From positions 137 to 64,136 of the forward strand of contig JAJYGH010000068.1 in NCBI GenBank assembly GCA_021785175.1: a stretch of 64,000 bases of DNA. The letters are read 5' to 3'. Position numbers and translations under genes: made by a program. Below are positions 51,605 to 60,495 of the stretch, piece after piece. Under the pieces are notes generated by a model. It was not told where the DNA came from. It worked only from the letters and a program-made list of their open reading frames with translations, and made no database searches. The stretch's first letter is position 1; each line of letters begins with the position of its first letter. The stretch is from Chloroflexota bacterium. GTDB lineage: Bacteria; Chloroflexota; Limnocylindria; Limnocylindrales; CSP1-4.

Positions 51605-53113
51605 ATGGAAGGTGGCGGGACGGCCGGTCGGCGGGGGGACGAGCCCGGACGCTACCATCGATCTGTGCCCGAGCCCATCCCGGTGGCCGCCGCCGTCGCG
51701 CGCCGCTTCCTCGTCCTGCGCCATTTCCTCGCGCCGCCCCGCTCGCTGCCGCCGGAGCCCGAGAGCGTGCTCGCCGTCATCGACCGGCTCGGATCCGTGC
51801 AGTTCGACCCGCTCGGGGTGGCCGGGCGGAACCACGACCTCGTCCTTCACGCGCGCATCGCGGGTTACCGGCCCGCGTGGACGGACGATCTCCTGTACCG
51901 CAGGCGGCTGTTGTTCGAGGCGCTCAACAAGGGGCTGAGCATCCTGCCGACGCGGGAACTCCCGTGGTACCGGCACACGTGGGACCGGCACGCACTGCGT
52001 CACGAAGACGGGATCTTCGCGGAACACCCTGACGCCGTCGAGGGTCTCCTGGATCGCCTGCGCGCGGAGGGGCCGCTGTCGTCGCTCGACTTCGAGCGCG
52101 AACCGCCGATCGACTGGCACTGGGGGCCGACCGGCCGGGTCCGGGCGGTACTGGAGGCGCTGTCGGAGGCCGGGATCATCGGACTGGCGAGGCGCGAGGG
52201 AAACCGCCGCTATTACGACCTCATCGAGCGGCTGCAGCCGGCCGAGCTGCTCGCGGAGCGGATCCCGGAGGCCGAGCAGATCCGCCACCGGCTGCTGTCG
52301 CGGTTCCGCGGCCACGGGCTGCTGGCCGCAACCGGCGGCGCAGAGCTGTGGGGCGGGACCGTGCCGCCCACGCCGGGCGGCCGGACCGCCGGTCCCCGGC
52401 GCGTCGCGCTCGTGGCGGAACTCGTGGAGCGGGGCGACCTGACGCCGGTCGAGGTCGAGGGCGTGCGGCAGGTGCGCCACGTCGTGACCGACGAGCTGCC
52501 GGTGCTGGCCCAGGCGGAGCGCGAGGTGGAGGCGGACCTCGGACCCGGTGGCGCCGGACCGGCTGTCGCGTTCCTCGCTCCGCTCGACCCGCTCGCGTGG
52601 GACCGCGATCTCCTGCGCTCGCTGTTCGGCTTCGACTACGTGTGGGAGGTCTACGTGCCGGCGGCCAGGCGGCGGTGGGGGTACTACGTGCTGCCGATCC
52701 TGTTCGGCGACAGGCTCGTGGGCCGCATCGAGCCCCGGCTCGACCGCGAGGCACGGCGCGTGCGGATCCTCGGCGTCTGGTGGGAGGCCGGGTTCGAGCC
52801 GCTCGCCCAGCCCGGGTTCGTGCCGGCGCTCGCCGACACGCTCCACGACTATGCGGCGTTCGGCGGCGCGAAGGCTGTCACCTGGCCGCGCACGCGGACG
52901 GGGCGTGCTCTCGCCCAGGCCCTCGAGGGAGTCGCGGTCGAGAACGACGGGCCGAGGCGTGCACGGGCGACGATCCCGTCCGGTGCGGCGGCCCCGGGCG
53001 ACGCGGTGGGCTCGTCCGGTGCGGCGGCCTCGGGCGGTGCGACCGACGCCGGCGCGGTCGGCGGCAGGCCGGCGCGGAGGTCGCGGCCCGAATCGTCGAG
53101 GGCTCGGGCGTGA
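51605..53113 (+). CDS. winged-helix DNA-binding protein of the AlkZ/YcaQ (DUF1006) type, putative DNA glycosylase; start uncertain (TTG 51596, ATG 51605 or GTG 51665)
   Basis: VARRFLVLRHFL...VIDRLGSVQFDPLGV...NRRYYDL...FLAPLDPLAWDRDL...WEVYVPAARRRWGYYVLPILFGDRLVGRIEP matches my recollection of the YcaQ family. It contains a Q-F-D triplet. Confidence 0.7.
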   Translation: MEGGGTAGRRGDEPGRYHRSVPEPIPVAAAVARRFLVLRHFLAPPRSLPPEPESVLAVIDRLGSVQFDPLGVAGRNHDLVLHARIAGYRPAWTDDLLYRRRLLFEALNKGLSILPTRELPWYRHTWDRHALRHEDGIFAEHPDAVEGLLDRLRAEGPLSSLDFEREPPIDWHWGPTGRVRAVLEALSEAGIIGLARREGNRRYYDLIERLQPAELLAERIPEAEQIRHRLLSRFRGHGLLAATGGAELWGGTVPPTPGGRTAGPRRVALVAELVERGDLTPVEVEGVRQVRHVVTDELPVLAQAEREVEADLGPGGAGPAVAFLAPLDPLAWDRDLLRSLFGFDYVWEVYVPAARRRWGYYVLPILFGDRLVGRIEPRLDREARRVRILGVWWEAGFEPLAQPGFVPALADTLHDYAAFGGAKAVTWPRTRTGRALAQALEGVAVENDGPRRARATIPSGAAAPGDAVGSSGAAASGGATDAGAVGGRPARRSRPESSRARA

Positions 53114-54534
53114 CCGCCGCGCGCCGCGGCAGCGTGTGGGTGCCGGCGATCGCCGCCTTCCTCGTCGGCGCCATCGCGTATGCCGGCCTCTACTGCTTCC
53201 CGCCGATCTCCGTCGCGTACGCGCGCGAGTTCGGCATCAGCCGGACGCTCGCCGTCACGCCGTGGACGGTGTTCCTGCTCGTCACGGGCCTGTCCAGCCC
53301 GTTCCTCGGCCGGGCATACGACCTGATCGCCGATCGCTGGCTGCTCGCCGCCGGCATGGTCCTGATCGCCATCGGGTGGGGTGTCGCCGTCCTCGCGACC
53401 GACGTCGGGCTCCTCGTCGTCGCCTACGGGATCCTGCTCGCGATCGGCCTCGAGCTCGTGTTCGTGGGCACGACCACCGCGATCGCGCGGCGCTACGCGG
53501 GCGTCACGGGCCTCGCGCTCGGCATCGCGTATGCCGGGCCGGGGGCGGGCGTCGCGATCGCGCTCCCGCTCGTCACCCCCGCCATCCAGTCGATCGGATG
53601 GCGCGAGATCCTCGCGGTGTTCGCCGTGCTCTCGGCCGCCGGGCTGCCGTTCGTCTGGCTCATGACCAGCGGCCCGGCCATCCTCGTCCCCGTGCGAGCC
53701 GGGCACGGCCATGCGCGGCGCGCCGAGTCGGACCTGACAAGCGGCCGCGAACGCTCATCCGCGCCTGCACGACCGCGCGGCAACCCAGCACCTCTCGCCC
53801 AGGGCGGCGCGGTCCAGCATGAGGCCGGGCTGCATGAGCCCTCCGCCCCCGGTGCGGTCGGCGCCGCGCACGAGATCGCGCCTGCCGGGGACCAGGGCCG
53901 ACCGGACACGCTCCACCGGACGTTGCGAACGGCACGGTTCTGGATGCTGTTCGTCGGTGCCGTGGCGATCGGGGCCATGGACGAGGGCGTCTACCAGACG
54001 TTCCTCCCGCACGCGGCGCGCCAGGGCATCCCGGAGGCGCTCGCCGCGCAGGGCCTGGCGCTCGAATCCGTGTCGTACATCGCCGGGCAGCTGATCGGGG
54101 GCGCGTTGTCAGACCGGTTCGGACGGCGGTCGGTCGGCATCGCCTCGCTCGTCGTCGTCGCGCTCGGTTCGACCGCGGCGTTCGCCGGCACCGGTGCCAC
54201 GCCCGCCATCGCGATCGGCGGCGTGGTTCTGCACGGCTTCGGCATGGGGTCGACGATCGCGCTCCGGTCCGCCGCGTTCAGCGACGTGTTCGGGGGCCCG
54301 AACTTCGGGTCGATCTTCGGCGTGCTGGCCATCGCCTACCCGTTGGGCGGGATCCTGCCGATCGAGCTCGGCGGGATCAGCGTGGACCGGTTCGGGACGT
54401 ACTGGCCGGTCTACGGGCTCGTCATGGCCGCCATCCTCGTCTGGGGCATCGCCCTGGTCGTGGCCGGGCCGCGGCCGCACGGTCTCCGCGCGAGGCTCGG
54501 CCCGCACCGCTCGGCCACTCCCGCGTCGGGATAG
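53110..54534 (+). CDS. MFS transporter
   Basis: GTG at 53110 overlaps the upstream stop (GTGA). About 12 hydrophobic helices are split by a long central loop. Contains LSDRFGRR. Confidence 0.85.
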   Translation: MTAARRGSVWVPAIAAFLVGAIAYAGLYCFPPISVAYAREFGISRTLAVTPWTVFLLVTGLSSPFLGRAYDLIADRWLLAAGMVLIAIGWGVAVLATDVGLLVVAYGILLAIGLELVFVGTTTAIARRYAGVTGLALGIAYAGPGAGVAIALPLVTPAIQSIGWREILAVFAVLSAAGLPFVWLMTSGPAILVPVRAGHGHARRAESDLTSGRERSSAPARPRGNPAPLAQGGAVQHEAGLHEPSAPGAVGAAHEIAPAGDQGRPDTLHRTLRTARFWMLFVGAVAIGAMDEGVYQTFLPHAARQGIPEALAAQGLALESVSYIAGQLIGGALSDRFGRRSVGIASLVVVALGSTAAFAGTGATPAIAIGGVVLHGFGMGSTIALRSAAFSDVFGGPNFGSIFGVLAIAYPLGGILPIELGGISVDRFGTYWPVYGLVMAAILVWGIALVVAGPRPHGLRARLGPHRSATPASG

Positions 54535-54643
54535 CGGCGCTCGCGCCGGCCCACGGCCTCGCCCGCCAGCGACCGGTTGCCAGCGGATTCCGCGCGGGCG
54601 CGAGGCTCGCCGTCAGGCAACCTCCCGGCGACGGGAGTCGCCG

Positions 54644-55825
54644 TCAGGCGACCTCCCGCCGGATAGTCCCGGCGGCCAGCACCACGAACAGCGCGGCGAT
54701 CGCCACCAGCACCGCCAGGTCGAGCTGCACCCCCGAAGCCGCCAGGCCCCGGCCCTGGATCATGATCTCCCGCAGCCCGTCCGCGGCATACGTCAGCGGC
54801 AGCGCGCGGGCGATCGGCTGGAGCGGCCCGGGGAGCGTCTCGATCCGCCAGAAGATCCCGGACAGGAGGCCCTGCGGCACGATCACGATCGGGATGAACT
54901 GCAGGATCTGGAACTCGGTCCGTGCGAACGTCGAGATGAAGATGCCGAGGCTGACCGCGCCGATCGCGAGCAGCAGCGCCACGAGGAACGCGAGCAGCGG
55001 GTTCCCGGCGCTCGGCACCGCGAGGCCGATCGAGAACGCCCCGAGCGGCCCGATCGCCGGCACGTCGACGCGCATCAGCGTGAACGCCATCAGCACGATG
55101 ACCTGCAGTGTCGCGAAGATGCCGAACCCCAGCGTGTACCCGAGCACGATCTCGCCCTTGGTCACCGGGGTCGCGAGCAGGCGCTCGAGCGTGCCGCCGA
55201 CCCGCTCGCGCAGGAAGCTGATCCCCGTCAGGATGAACACGAGGAAGTAGACGAAGAACCCGATGAAGAACGGCGACAGCGCGTCAAACGGGTCCTGGTT
55301 CACGGCGCCGAAGACGGTCTGGTGCTCGATGACCGGAGCGGCGACGGCTCCCGGAACGGCCGATGCGAGCGCGGACGCGAGGACCTGCCGGACCTGCGCG
55401 ACCTGCCCTCCCTCGGTCGGCGGGTTCGCCCCCTGCGTCATCACGACGAGGTGCGGGCCGGTGGCCGACGCGAGACCTGCGACGACGTCGGAAGGGATGA
55501 CGAGGACGACATCCAGCCGGTCGTCACGGAGCGCCGAACGCGCCTCGGCGTCGGTGATCGTGGAGGCCGGAACGTCCACCGGCAGGGGCTCGATGGACGA
55601 CTCGGCCCGCGTCGCGATGATCGCCTGCGCGATCCGCGCCCCGGCGGCCCCGCCGTCGTTCACGATGCCGAGCCGGACGGGCGTCGTCTGCTGGTCCCGC
55701 AGCACCCACCCGAGCAGTGCCGAGATCGCGATCGGCACGACGAAGATCAGCGCGAGGGTCCGGCGGTCGCGCCGGAACTGCGCGACGATCCGGCGGATGA
55801 GCGCGGTGACGCGGCGCGGGCTCAC
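54644..55825 (-). CDS. ABC-2 type exporter permease
   Basis: GTG at 55825 overlaps the ATPase stop. An N-terminal TM helix is followed by a large loop and five C-terminal helices, the typical ABC-2/YhaP layout. Confidence 0.85.
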   Translation of the reverse strand: MSPRRVTALIRRIVAQFRRDRRTLALIFVVPIAISALLGWVLRDQQTTPVRLGIVNDGGAAGARIAQAIIATRAESSIEPLPVDVPASTITDAEARSALRDDRLDVVLVIPSDVVAGLASATGPHLVVMTQGANPPTEGGQVAQVRQVLASALASAVPGAVAAPVIEHQTVFGAVNQDPFDALSPFFIGFFVYFLVFILTGISFLRERVGGTLERLLATPVTKGEIVLGYTLGFGIFATLQVIVLMAFTLMRVDVPAIGPLGAFSIGLAVPSAGNPLLAFLVALLLAIGAVSLGIFISTFARTEFQILQFIPIVIVPQGLLSGIFWRIETLPGPLQPIARALPLTYAADGLREIMIQGRGLAASGVQLDLAVLVAIAALFVVLAAGTIRREVA

Positions 55826-56646
55826 GCGGTCGCTCCCACGTCGGCTCCCGAGAAGCGCAGGAAGGCCTCCTCGAGGTCGGCCGTCCCGGCCCGCCGCCGC
55901 AGCTCCTCGCCCGAGCCTCGCGCGATGACCTTGCCTCCGCGGATGAACAGGAGCTCGTCGCAGCGGTCGGCCTCGTCCATGACGTGGCTCGAGACGAGCA
56001 GCGTGGCCCCTTCGGCCGACAGCGAACGGAAATGCCGCCAGAACTGCACCCGAAGCGCCGGATCGATCCCGACCGTGGGCTCGTCCAGCACGACGACGGG
56101 CGGCCGGTGGACGAGCGCGCACGCCAGCGAGAGGCGGCGTCGCATGCCGCCGGACAGCTGCAGCACCGGGGTTCCCGCTCGCCCGTCGAGCTCGACGATG
56201 CGGAGCGCGTCCATGAGCCGCTCCCGGTCGAAGTTCCCGTACAGCGCGGCAAAGAACCGGATGTTCTCCCACACCGAGAGCTCCGGGTAGATGCCGTCGG
56301 CCTGCGTCATGTACCCGATGCTCGCGAGCATCTCCCGCGACGGCACGCGCCGGCCGAGCACGTACGCTTCTCCCGACGTGGGGCGCGCGAGGCCGACGAG
56401 CAGCCGGATCAGGGTCGTCTTGCCGGCGCCGTTCGGACCGAGCAGTCCGTAGATCCGGCCGGGCGGCAGGGCGATGTCGACACCGTCGACGGCCCGGATC
56501 GACCCGTACGTCTTGACGAGGCCGCGCCCCTCGAGCGCCGGCGTGGCGGAGGCATGGGCTGCGGCACCGGCGGCGGAGACGGCAGCCGGTGCTGCCCGGC
56601 TCGGCCGAAGCGGCGCGCTCGTCTGGGTCATCCGCGCGTCCCTCAT
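55822..56646 (-). CDS. ABC transporter ATP-binding protein (DrrA-like)
   Basis: Walker A LLGPNGAGKTT, signature LSGGMRRRLSLA, Walker B VVVLDEPT. A GGAG lies 10 nt upstream of ATG 56646 (alternative start 56631). Confidence 0.9.
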   Translation of the reverse strand: MRDARMTQTSAPLRPSRAAPAAVSAAGAAAHASATPALEGRGLVKTYGSIRAVDGVDIALPPGRIYGLLGPNGAGKTTLIRLLVGLARPTSGEAYVLGRRVPSREMLASIGYMTQADGIYPELSVWENIRFFAALYGNFDRERLMDALRIVELDGRAGTPVLQLSGGMRRRLSLACALVHRPPVVVLDEPTVGIDPALRVQFWRHFRSLSAEGATLLVSSHVMDEADRCDELLFIRGGKVIARGSGEELRRRAGTADLEEAFLRFSGADVGATA

Positions 56647-56737
56647 CCCGTGTGAGCTCCGAATGCCGGGCCGTCGCGTGGGGGCTCGCGCTTCCCGACG
56701 GTACGACAGGTCGTGTGCGACGGTCTTGACGTTACAA

Positions 56738-56757
56738 GACATACTGCAGGGTATGTC
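56738..56757. promoter_or_regulatory. inverted repeat, candidate TetR operator overlapping the TetR start codon
   Basis: gacatac-tgcagg-gtatgtc has perfect 7-bp arms. A second, shorter inverted repeat (tcttg-acgtta-caaga) lies immediately upstream. Both sit in the divergent ABC/TetR intergenic region. Confidence 0.5.
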
Positions 56758-57565
56758 AAGTCCAAACAGCAGGCCGGGGAGCGCGCGGACGCGGGAGCGG
56801 ATCCTCGAAGCGGCGGCCGACGAGCTCGCCGAGACCGGGCGCCTGCGGCTGGAGGCCGTGGCGTCCCGCGCTGGCGTCTCTCGGCAGTCGATCCACTACC
56901 ACTTCCGCGGGCTGGCGGGGCTGCGCGCGACGCTCGTCGCCGCGGGTACCGCTCCGGAGGCCGGACCCGACACTCGCGAACGCATCCTGGAGGCGGCCGC
57001 ACGCGTCCTGTCGCGGCCGTGGACGCGGGCAGGGATCGACGAGATCGCGTCGGAGGCCGGCGTCACGAAGGGCGCTGTCTACCACCACTTCACCGACCGC
57101 GCCGCGCTCCTCCGTGCCGTCGCCGATCGCGTCGCGCCCGCGGGGTCGGAGCTCGTGCCGCCCGCGACCGGGGACGACCTCCCCGATCGCGAGGCCGTGG
57201 CCGCGCTGATCCGGATGTATCACGGGGCGGTGGCGGCGCGCGCCGACCTCGTCCGAAACCTCGTCATCGCGGGACGCGACGATCCCGAGCTCGTCGCCGC
57301 GATGGCGCGCGCGATGATCACCCGCCTCGCGCCGGCGCTGCTCGCGTGGTACGGACGACGGGCGGCGCGCAGCGGCTTTCGCGACGTCGAGCCCTCGCTC
57401 GTCTTCCAGGCACTCTTCGGGCCTGTGTTCGCGCAGATCGTGTTCGGCTCGTTCCTCGACGAGATCCTCGCCGAGGTGGGTGGGCGCCCCGTGGCCGAGG
57501 TCGCGGAGACGTACGCCGACCTGCTCCTCAGCGGGCTCGCGCCGGCGGCCGGGACGGGCGGGTAG
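56753..57565 (+). CDS. TetR family regulator with a tandemly duplicated N-terminal HTH domain
   Basis: Two TetR_N-like units are present: TRERILEAAADELAETGRLRLEAVASRAGVSRQSIHYHF and TRERILEAAARVLSRPWTRAGIDEIASEAGVTKGAVYHHF. Confidence 0.85.
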   Translation: MSSPNSRPGSARTRERILEAAADELAETGRLRLEAVASRAGVSRQSIHYHFRGLAGLRATLVAAGTAPEAGPDTRERILEAAARVLSRPWTRAGIDEIASEAGVTKGAVYHHFTDRAALLRAVADRVAPAGSELVPPATGDDLPDREAVAALIRMYHGAVAARADLVRNLVIAGRDDPELVAAMARAMITRLAPALLAWYGRRAARSGFRDVEPSLVFQALFGPVFAQIVFGSFLDEILAEVGGRPVAEVAETYADLLLSGLAPAAGTGG

Positions 57566-57804
57566 ACCGAGCCGTCGCCGCACGGCAGCGTCACCACCAC
57601 GCCTCCGGACTGCGCTCCGAGCGACCAGCGTGGCACCCCGCGCGCAGCCGGGAGGGCGAGAATGGCCGGTCGGTCGCGCGATGCTCTCCCGGCACGAGCG
57701 AGGACGCTCGTCCGGTCAGGTCTCCGCGGAGGCGGGTGACCAGTGGGTCGTGCCGGCGGGCGGAGCGGAAAGCCCGGCCGACTTCTGGGCAGGACCCGCC
57801 GCTC

Positions 57805-59739
57805 TCACACTTCCTTGTACTCGCCCTCGACGGCCTCGTCCTCGCCCGGCTGGCCACCCTGACCCGCGCCGGCACCCGCGCCCGGGCCCTCGCCCGCACC
57901 CGTGCCGTCGCCACCGGACGTCTGCCCGGCCTGGTAGGCCGCCGTTCCGACCTTCTGCAGCGCCGTGGCGAGCTCCGTGGTCCGGTTGCGGATGGCGTCC
58001 ATGTCGTCGCCCTTCAGGGCCTCGCGCACGGCCTCGACCGCGCGCTCGGTCGCCGCCCGGTCGTCGGCCGAGACCTTGTCGCCCAGGTCGCGCAGCGTGC
58101 GCTCCGCCTGGAACGCCAGCGTGTCGGCCTGGTTGCGCGTCTCGACCTCCTCGCGCCGCTTGCGGTCCTCCTCGGCGTGATCGGAGGCGTCGCGGACCAT
58201 GCGGTCCACGTCGTCCTTCGACAGCATCGAGGAGGCCGTGATGCGGACGGTCTGCTCGCGGGCGGTGGCGCGGTCCTTGGCCTTGACGTCGAGGATGCCG
58301 TTCGCGTCGATGTCGAACGTCACCTCGATCTGCGGGATGCCACGCGGGGCCGGCGGGATCCCGTCGAGGATGAAGCGGCCGAGCGTCTTGTTATCGGACG
58401 CCATCTCGCGCTCGCCCTGGAGCACGTGGATCTCGACCTGCGGCTGGTTGTCGCTCGCGGTGGAGAACACCTGGCTCTTCGAGGTCGGGATGGTCGTGTT
58501 GCGGTCGATGAGGCGCGTCATGACGCCACCGAGCGTCTCGATGCCGAGCGAGAGCGGGGTCACGTCAAGGAGCAGGACATCCTTGACCTCGCCACCGAGG
58601 ACACCCGCCTGGATCGCGGCGCCCACCGCGACGACCTCGTCCGGGTTGACGCCCTTGTGCGGCTCCTTGCCACCGAACATCGCCTTGACGGCCTCGACGA
58701 CCGCCGGCATGCGCGTCTGGCCGCCGACGAGGATGACCTCGTTGATCTCGTTCGGGCGCAGCCCCGCGTCCTTCAGCGCCTGCTGGACCGGGCCCTTCGT
58801 CCGGTCGACGAGGTCCGCGACGAGGTCCTCGAGCTTGGCGCGCGAGAGCGTCACGACGAGGTGCTTCGGGCCGGTCTGATCGGCCGTGATGTACGGCAGA
58901 TTGATCTCGGTCTGGAGCGTCGAGGACAGCTCGATCTTCGCCTTCTCGGCGGCCTCCTTCAGGCGCTGCATCGCCTGCTGGTCGGCGCGCAGGTCGATGC
59001 CCTGGTCGCGCTTGAACTCCGCCAGCAGCCAGTCGATCACGCGCTGGTCGAAGTCGTCGCCGCCGAGGTGCGTGTCGCCGTTGGTCGACTTGACCTCGAA
59101 GACGCCGTCGCCCAGCTCGAGGATCGAGATGTCGAACGTGCCGCCGCCGAGGTCGTAGACCGCGATCTTCTCGTCGGTCTTCTTGTCGAGGCCGTAGGCG
59201 AGCGCCGACGCCGTGGGCTCGTTGATGATCCGCTTGACGTCGAGGCCGGCGATGCGACCGGCGTCCTTGGTCGCCTGGCGCTGCGTGTCGTCGAAGTACG
59301 CCGGGACCGTGATGACGGCCTCGGTGATCTTCTCGCCCAGGTACGCCTCGGCGTCCGACTTGAGCTTCTGCAGGATCATCGCGCTGATCTCGGGCGGCGT
59401 GTACGCCGTCTTCCCGTCGGCCAGCACGACCTTCACGCCGTCGCTCCTGGCGTCGCGCTCGACCTTGTACGGCACGAGCCCCTTCGAGCGCTGGACCTCC
59501 GGGTCGTCCCAGCGGCGGCCCATGAAGCGCTTGATCGAGTAGACGGTGTTGGCGGGGTTGGTGATCGCCTGGCGCTTCGCAAGCTGCCCGACGAGGCGCT
59601 CGCCGGACTTCGTGAACGCGACGACCGACGGAACCGTCCGCCCGCCCTCCGAGCTGGGGATGACGGTCGGCTCGCCTCCCTCCATGACAGCCACGACCGA
59701 GTTGGTCGTGCCGAGGTCGATGCCGATGATCTTCGCCAT
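57805..59739 (-). CDS. dnaK: molecular chaperone DnaK (Hsp70)
   Basis: 644 aa. [34 protein letters not shown] and [11 protein letters not shown]. Confidence 0.98.
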   Translation of the reverse strand: MAKIIGIDLGTTNSVVAVMEGGEPTVIPSSEGGRTVPSVVAFTKSGERLVGQLAKRQAITNPANTVYSIKRFMGRRWDDPEVQRSKGLVPYKVERDARSDGVKVVLADGKTAYTPPEISAMILQKLKSDAEAYLGEKITEAVITVPAYFDDTQRQATKDAGRIAGLDVKRIINEPTASALAYGLDKKTDEKIAVYDLGGGTFDISILELGDGVFEVKSTNGDTHLGGDDFDQRVIDWLLAEFKRDQGIDLRADQQAMQRLKEAAEKAKIELSSTLQTEINLPYITADQTGPKHLVVTLSRAKLEDLVADLVDRTKGPVQQALKDAGLRPNEINEVILVGGQTRMPAVVEAVKAMFGGKEPHKGVNPDEVVAVGAAIQAGVLGGEVKDVLLLDVTPLSLGIETLGGVMTRLIDRNTTIPTSKSQVFSTASDNQPQVEIHVLQGEREMASDNKTLGRFILDGIPPAPRGIPQIEVTFDIDANGILDVKAKDRATAREQTVRITASSMLSKDDVDRMVRDASDHAEEDRKRREEVETRNQADTLAFQAERTLRDLGDKVSADDRAATERAVEAVREALKGDDMDAIRNRTTELATALQKVGTAAYQAGQTSGGDGTGAGEGPGAGAGAGQGGQPGEDEAVEGEYKEV

Positions 59740-59742
59740 GGT

Positions 59743-60495
59743 TCAGTGCTCTCCTTCGGGTGTCTCCCGCCCACCCGTGTTGTTGGCGACGGCGACGAGG
59801 GAGGGCCGCAGGACACGGTCCCGCAGCCGGTAGCCGCGCTGGAGCTCCGCGACGACGGTGCCGTCGGGGGCTTCTGTCGTTTCCTGGTGCACGACGGCTT
59901 CGTGCTCGCGCGGGTCGAACGGCTGACCGACTGCCTCGATGGCGGTCACGCCCTCCGAGTCGAGGAGCCCGCGCAGCTTGCGCTCGACGAGCCAGATGCC
60001 CTCGACCCAGCCCGTCTGCTCGAGCTCGGCCGGCATCGCCTCGAGGGCGCGGTCGAAGTCGTCGACGACGGCGAGGAGCTTGCGGAGCAGCGATTCGCTG
60101 GCGAGCCCCAGGCTCGCCTCGCGCTCCTGTTCGCTGCGCCGCCGGAAGTTCTGGAAGTCGGCCGCGCTGCGCTGCCAGGCGGTGCGCATCGCCTCGGTCT
60201 CCCGCCGCGCGGCCTCGAGCTCGGCCTGCAGGCGCTCGACCTCGGCCTGCAGCGCATCCGCATCCCCGGCCGGTCCCTGGCCGCCCGAGGTGCCGGCATG
60301 AGCGTGGCGGCCCGCGGACTGCCTGCCGGGACGGGGAGCCGCCGCGGCCCCGGGGTCGGGATTCACCTGCCCCGGGTCACCGCCATGCGCGCTCGCCGGC
60401 CGCGGCTCGCCCGGTCCGGCATCACCGTTGGTCCGGGGCGTGCCCGGCACGTGGATACGACGCCGCGTGGCGCCATCGTTCTGTCGTTCGGTCAT
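59743..60495 (-). CDS. grpE: nucleotide exchange factor GrpE (low-complexity N-terminus; start uncertain)
   Basis: ADFQNFRRRSEQE...LLAVVDDFDRAL...GQPFDPREHEAV. The ATG overlaps the hrcA stop (ATGA). Confidence 0.9.
   Translation of the reverse strand: MTERQNDGATRRRIHVPGTPRTNGDAGPGEPRPASAHGGDPGQVNPDPGAAAAPRPGRQSAGRHAHAGTSGGQGPAGDADALQAEVERLQAELEAARRETEAMRTAWQRSAADFQNFRRRSEQEREASLGLASESLLRKLLAVVDDFDRALEAMPAELEQTGWVEGIWLVERKLRGLLDSEGVTAIEAVGQPFDPREHEAVVHQETTEAPDGTVVAELQRGYRLRDRVLRPSLVAVANNTGGRETPEGEH

Noticed and set aside
57680-57705. Imperfect hairpin (ccggcacgagcg-agga-cgctcgtccgg) between the convergent TetR and dnaK genes, as a terminator.
   Set aside because: The stem is only about 7 perfect bp with a bulge, and there is no U-tract on either strand. 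It is too weak to call without transcript-end data.
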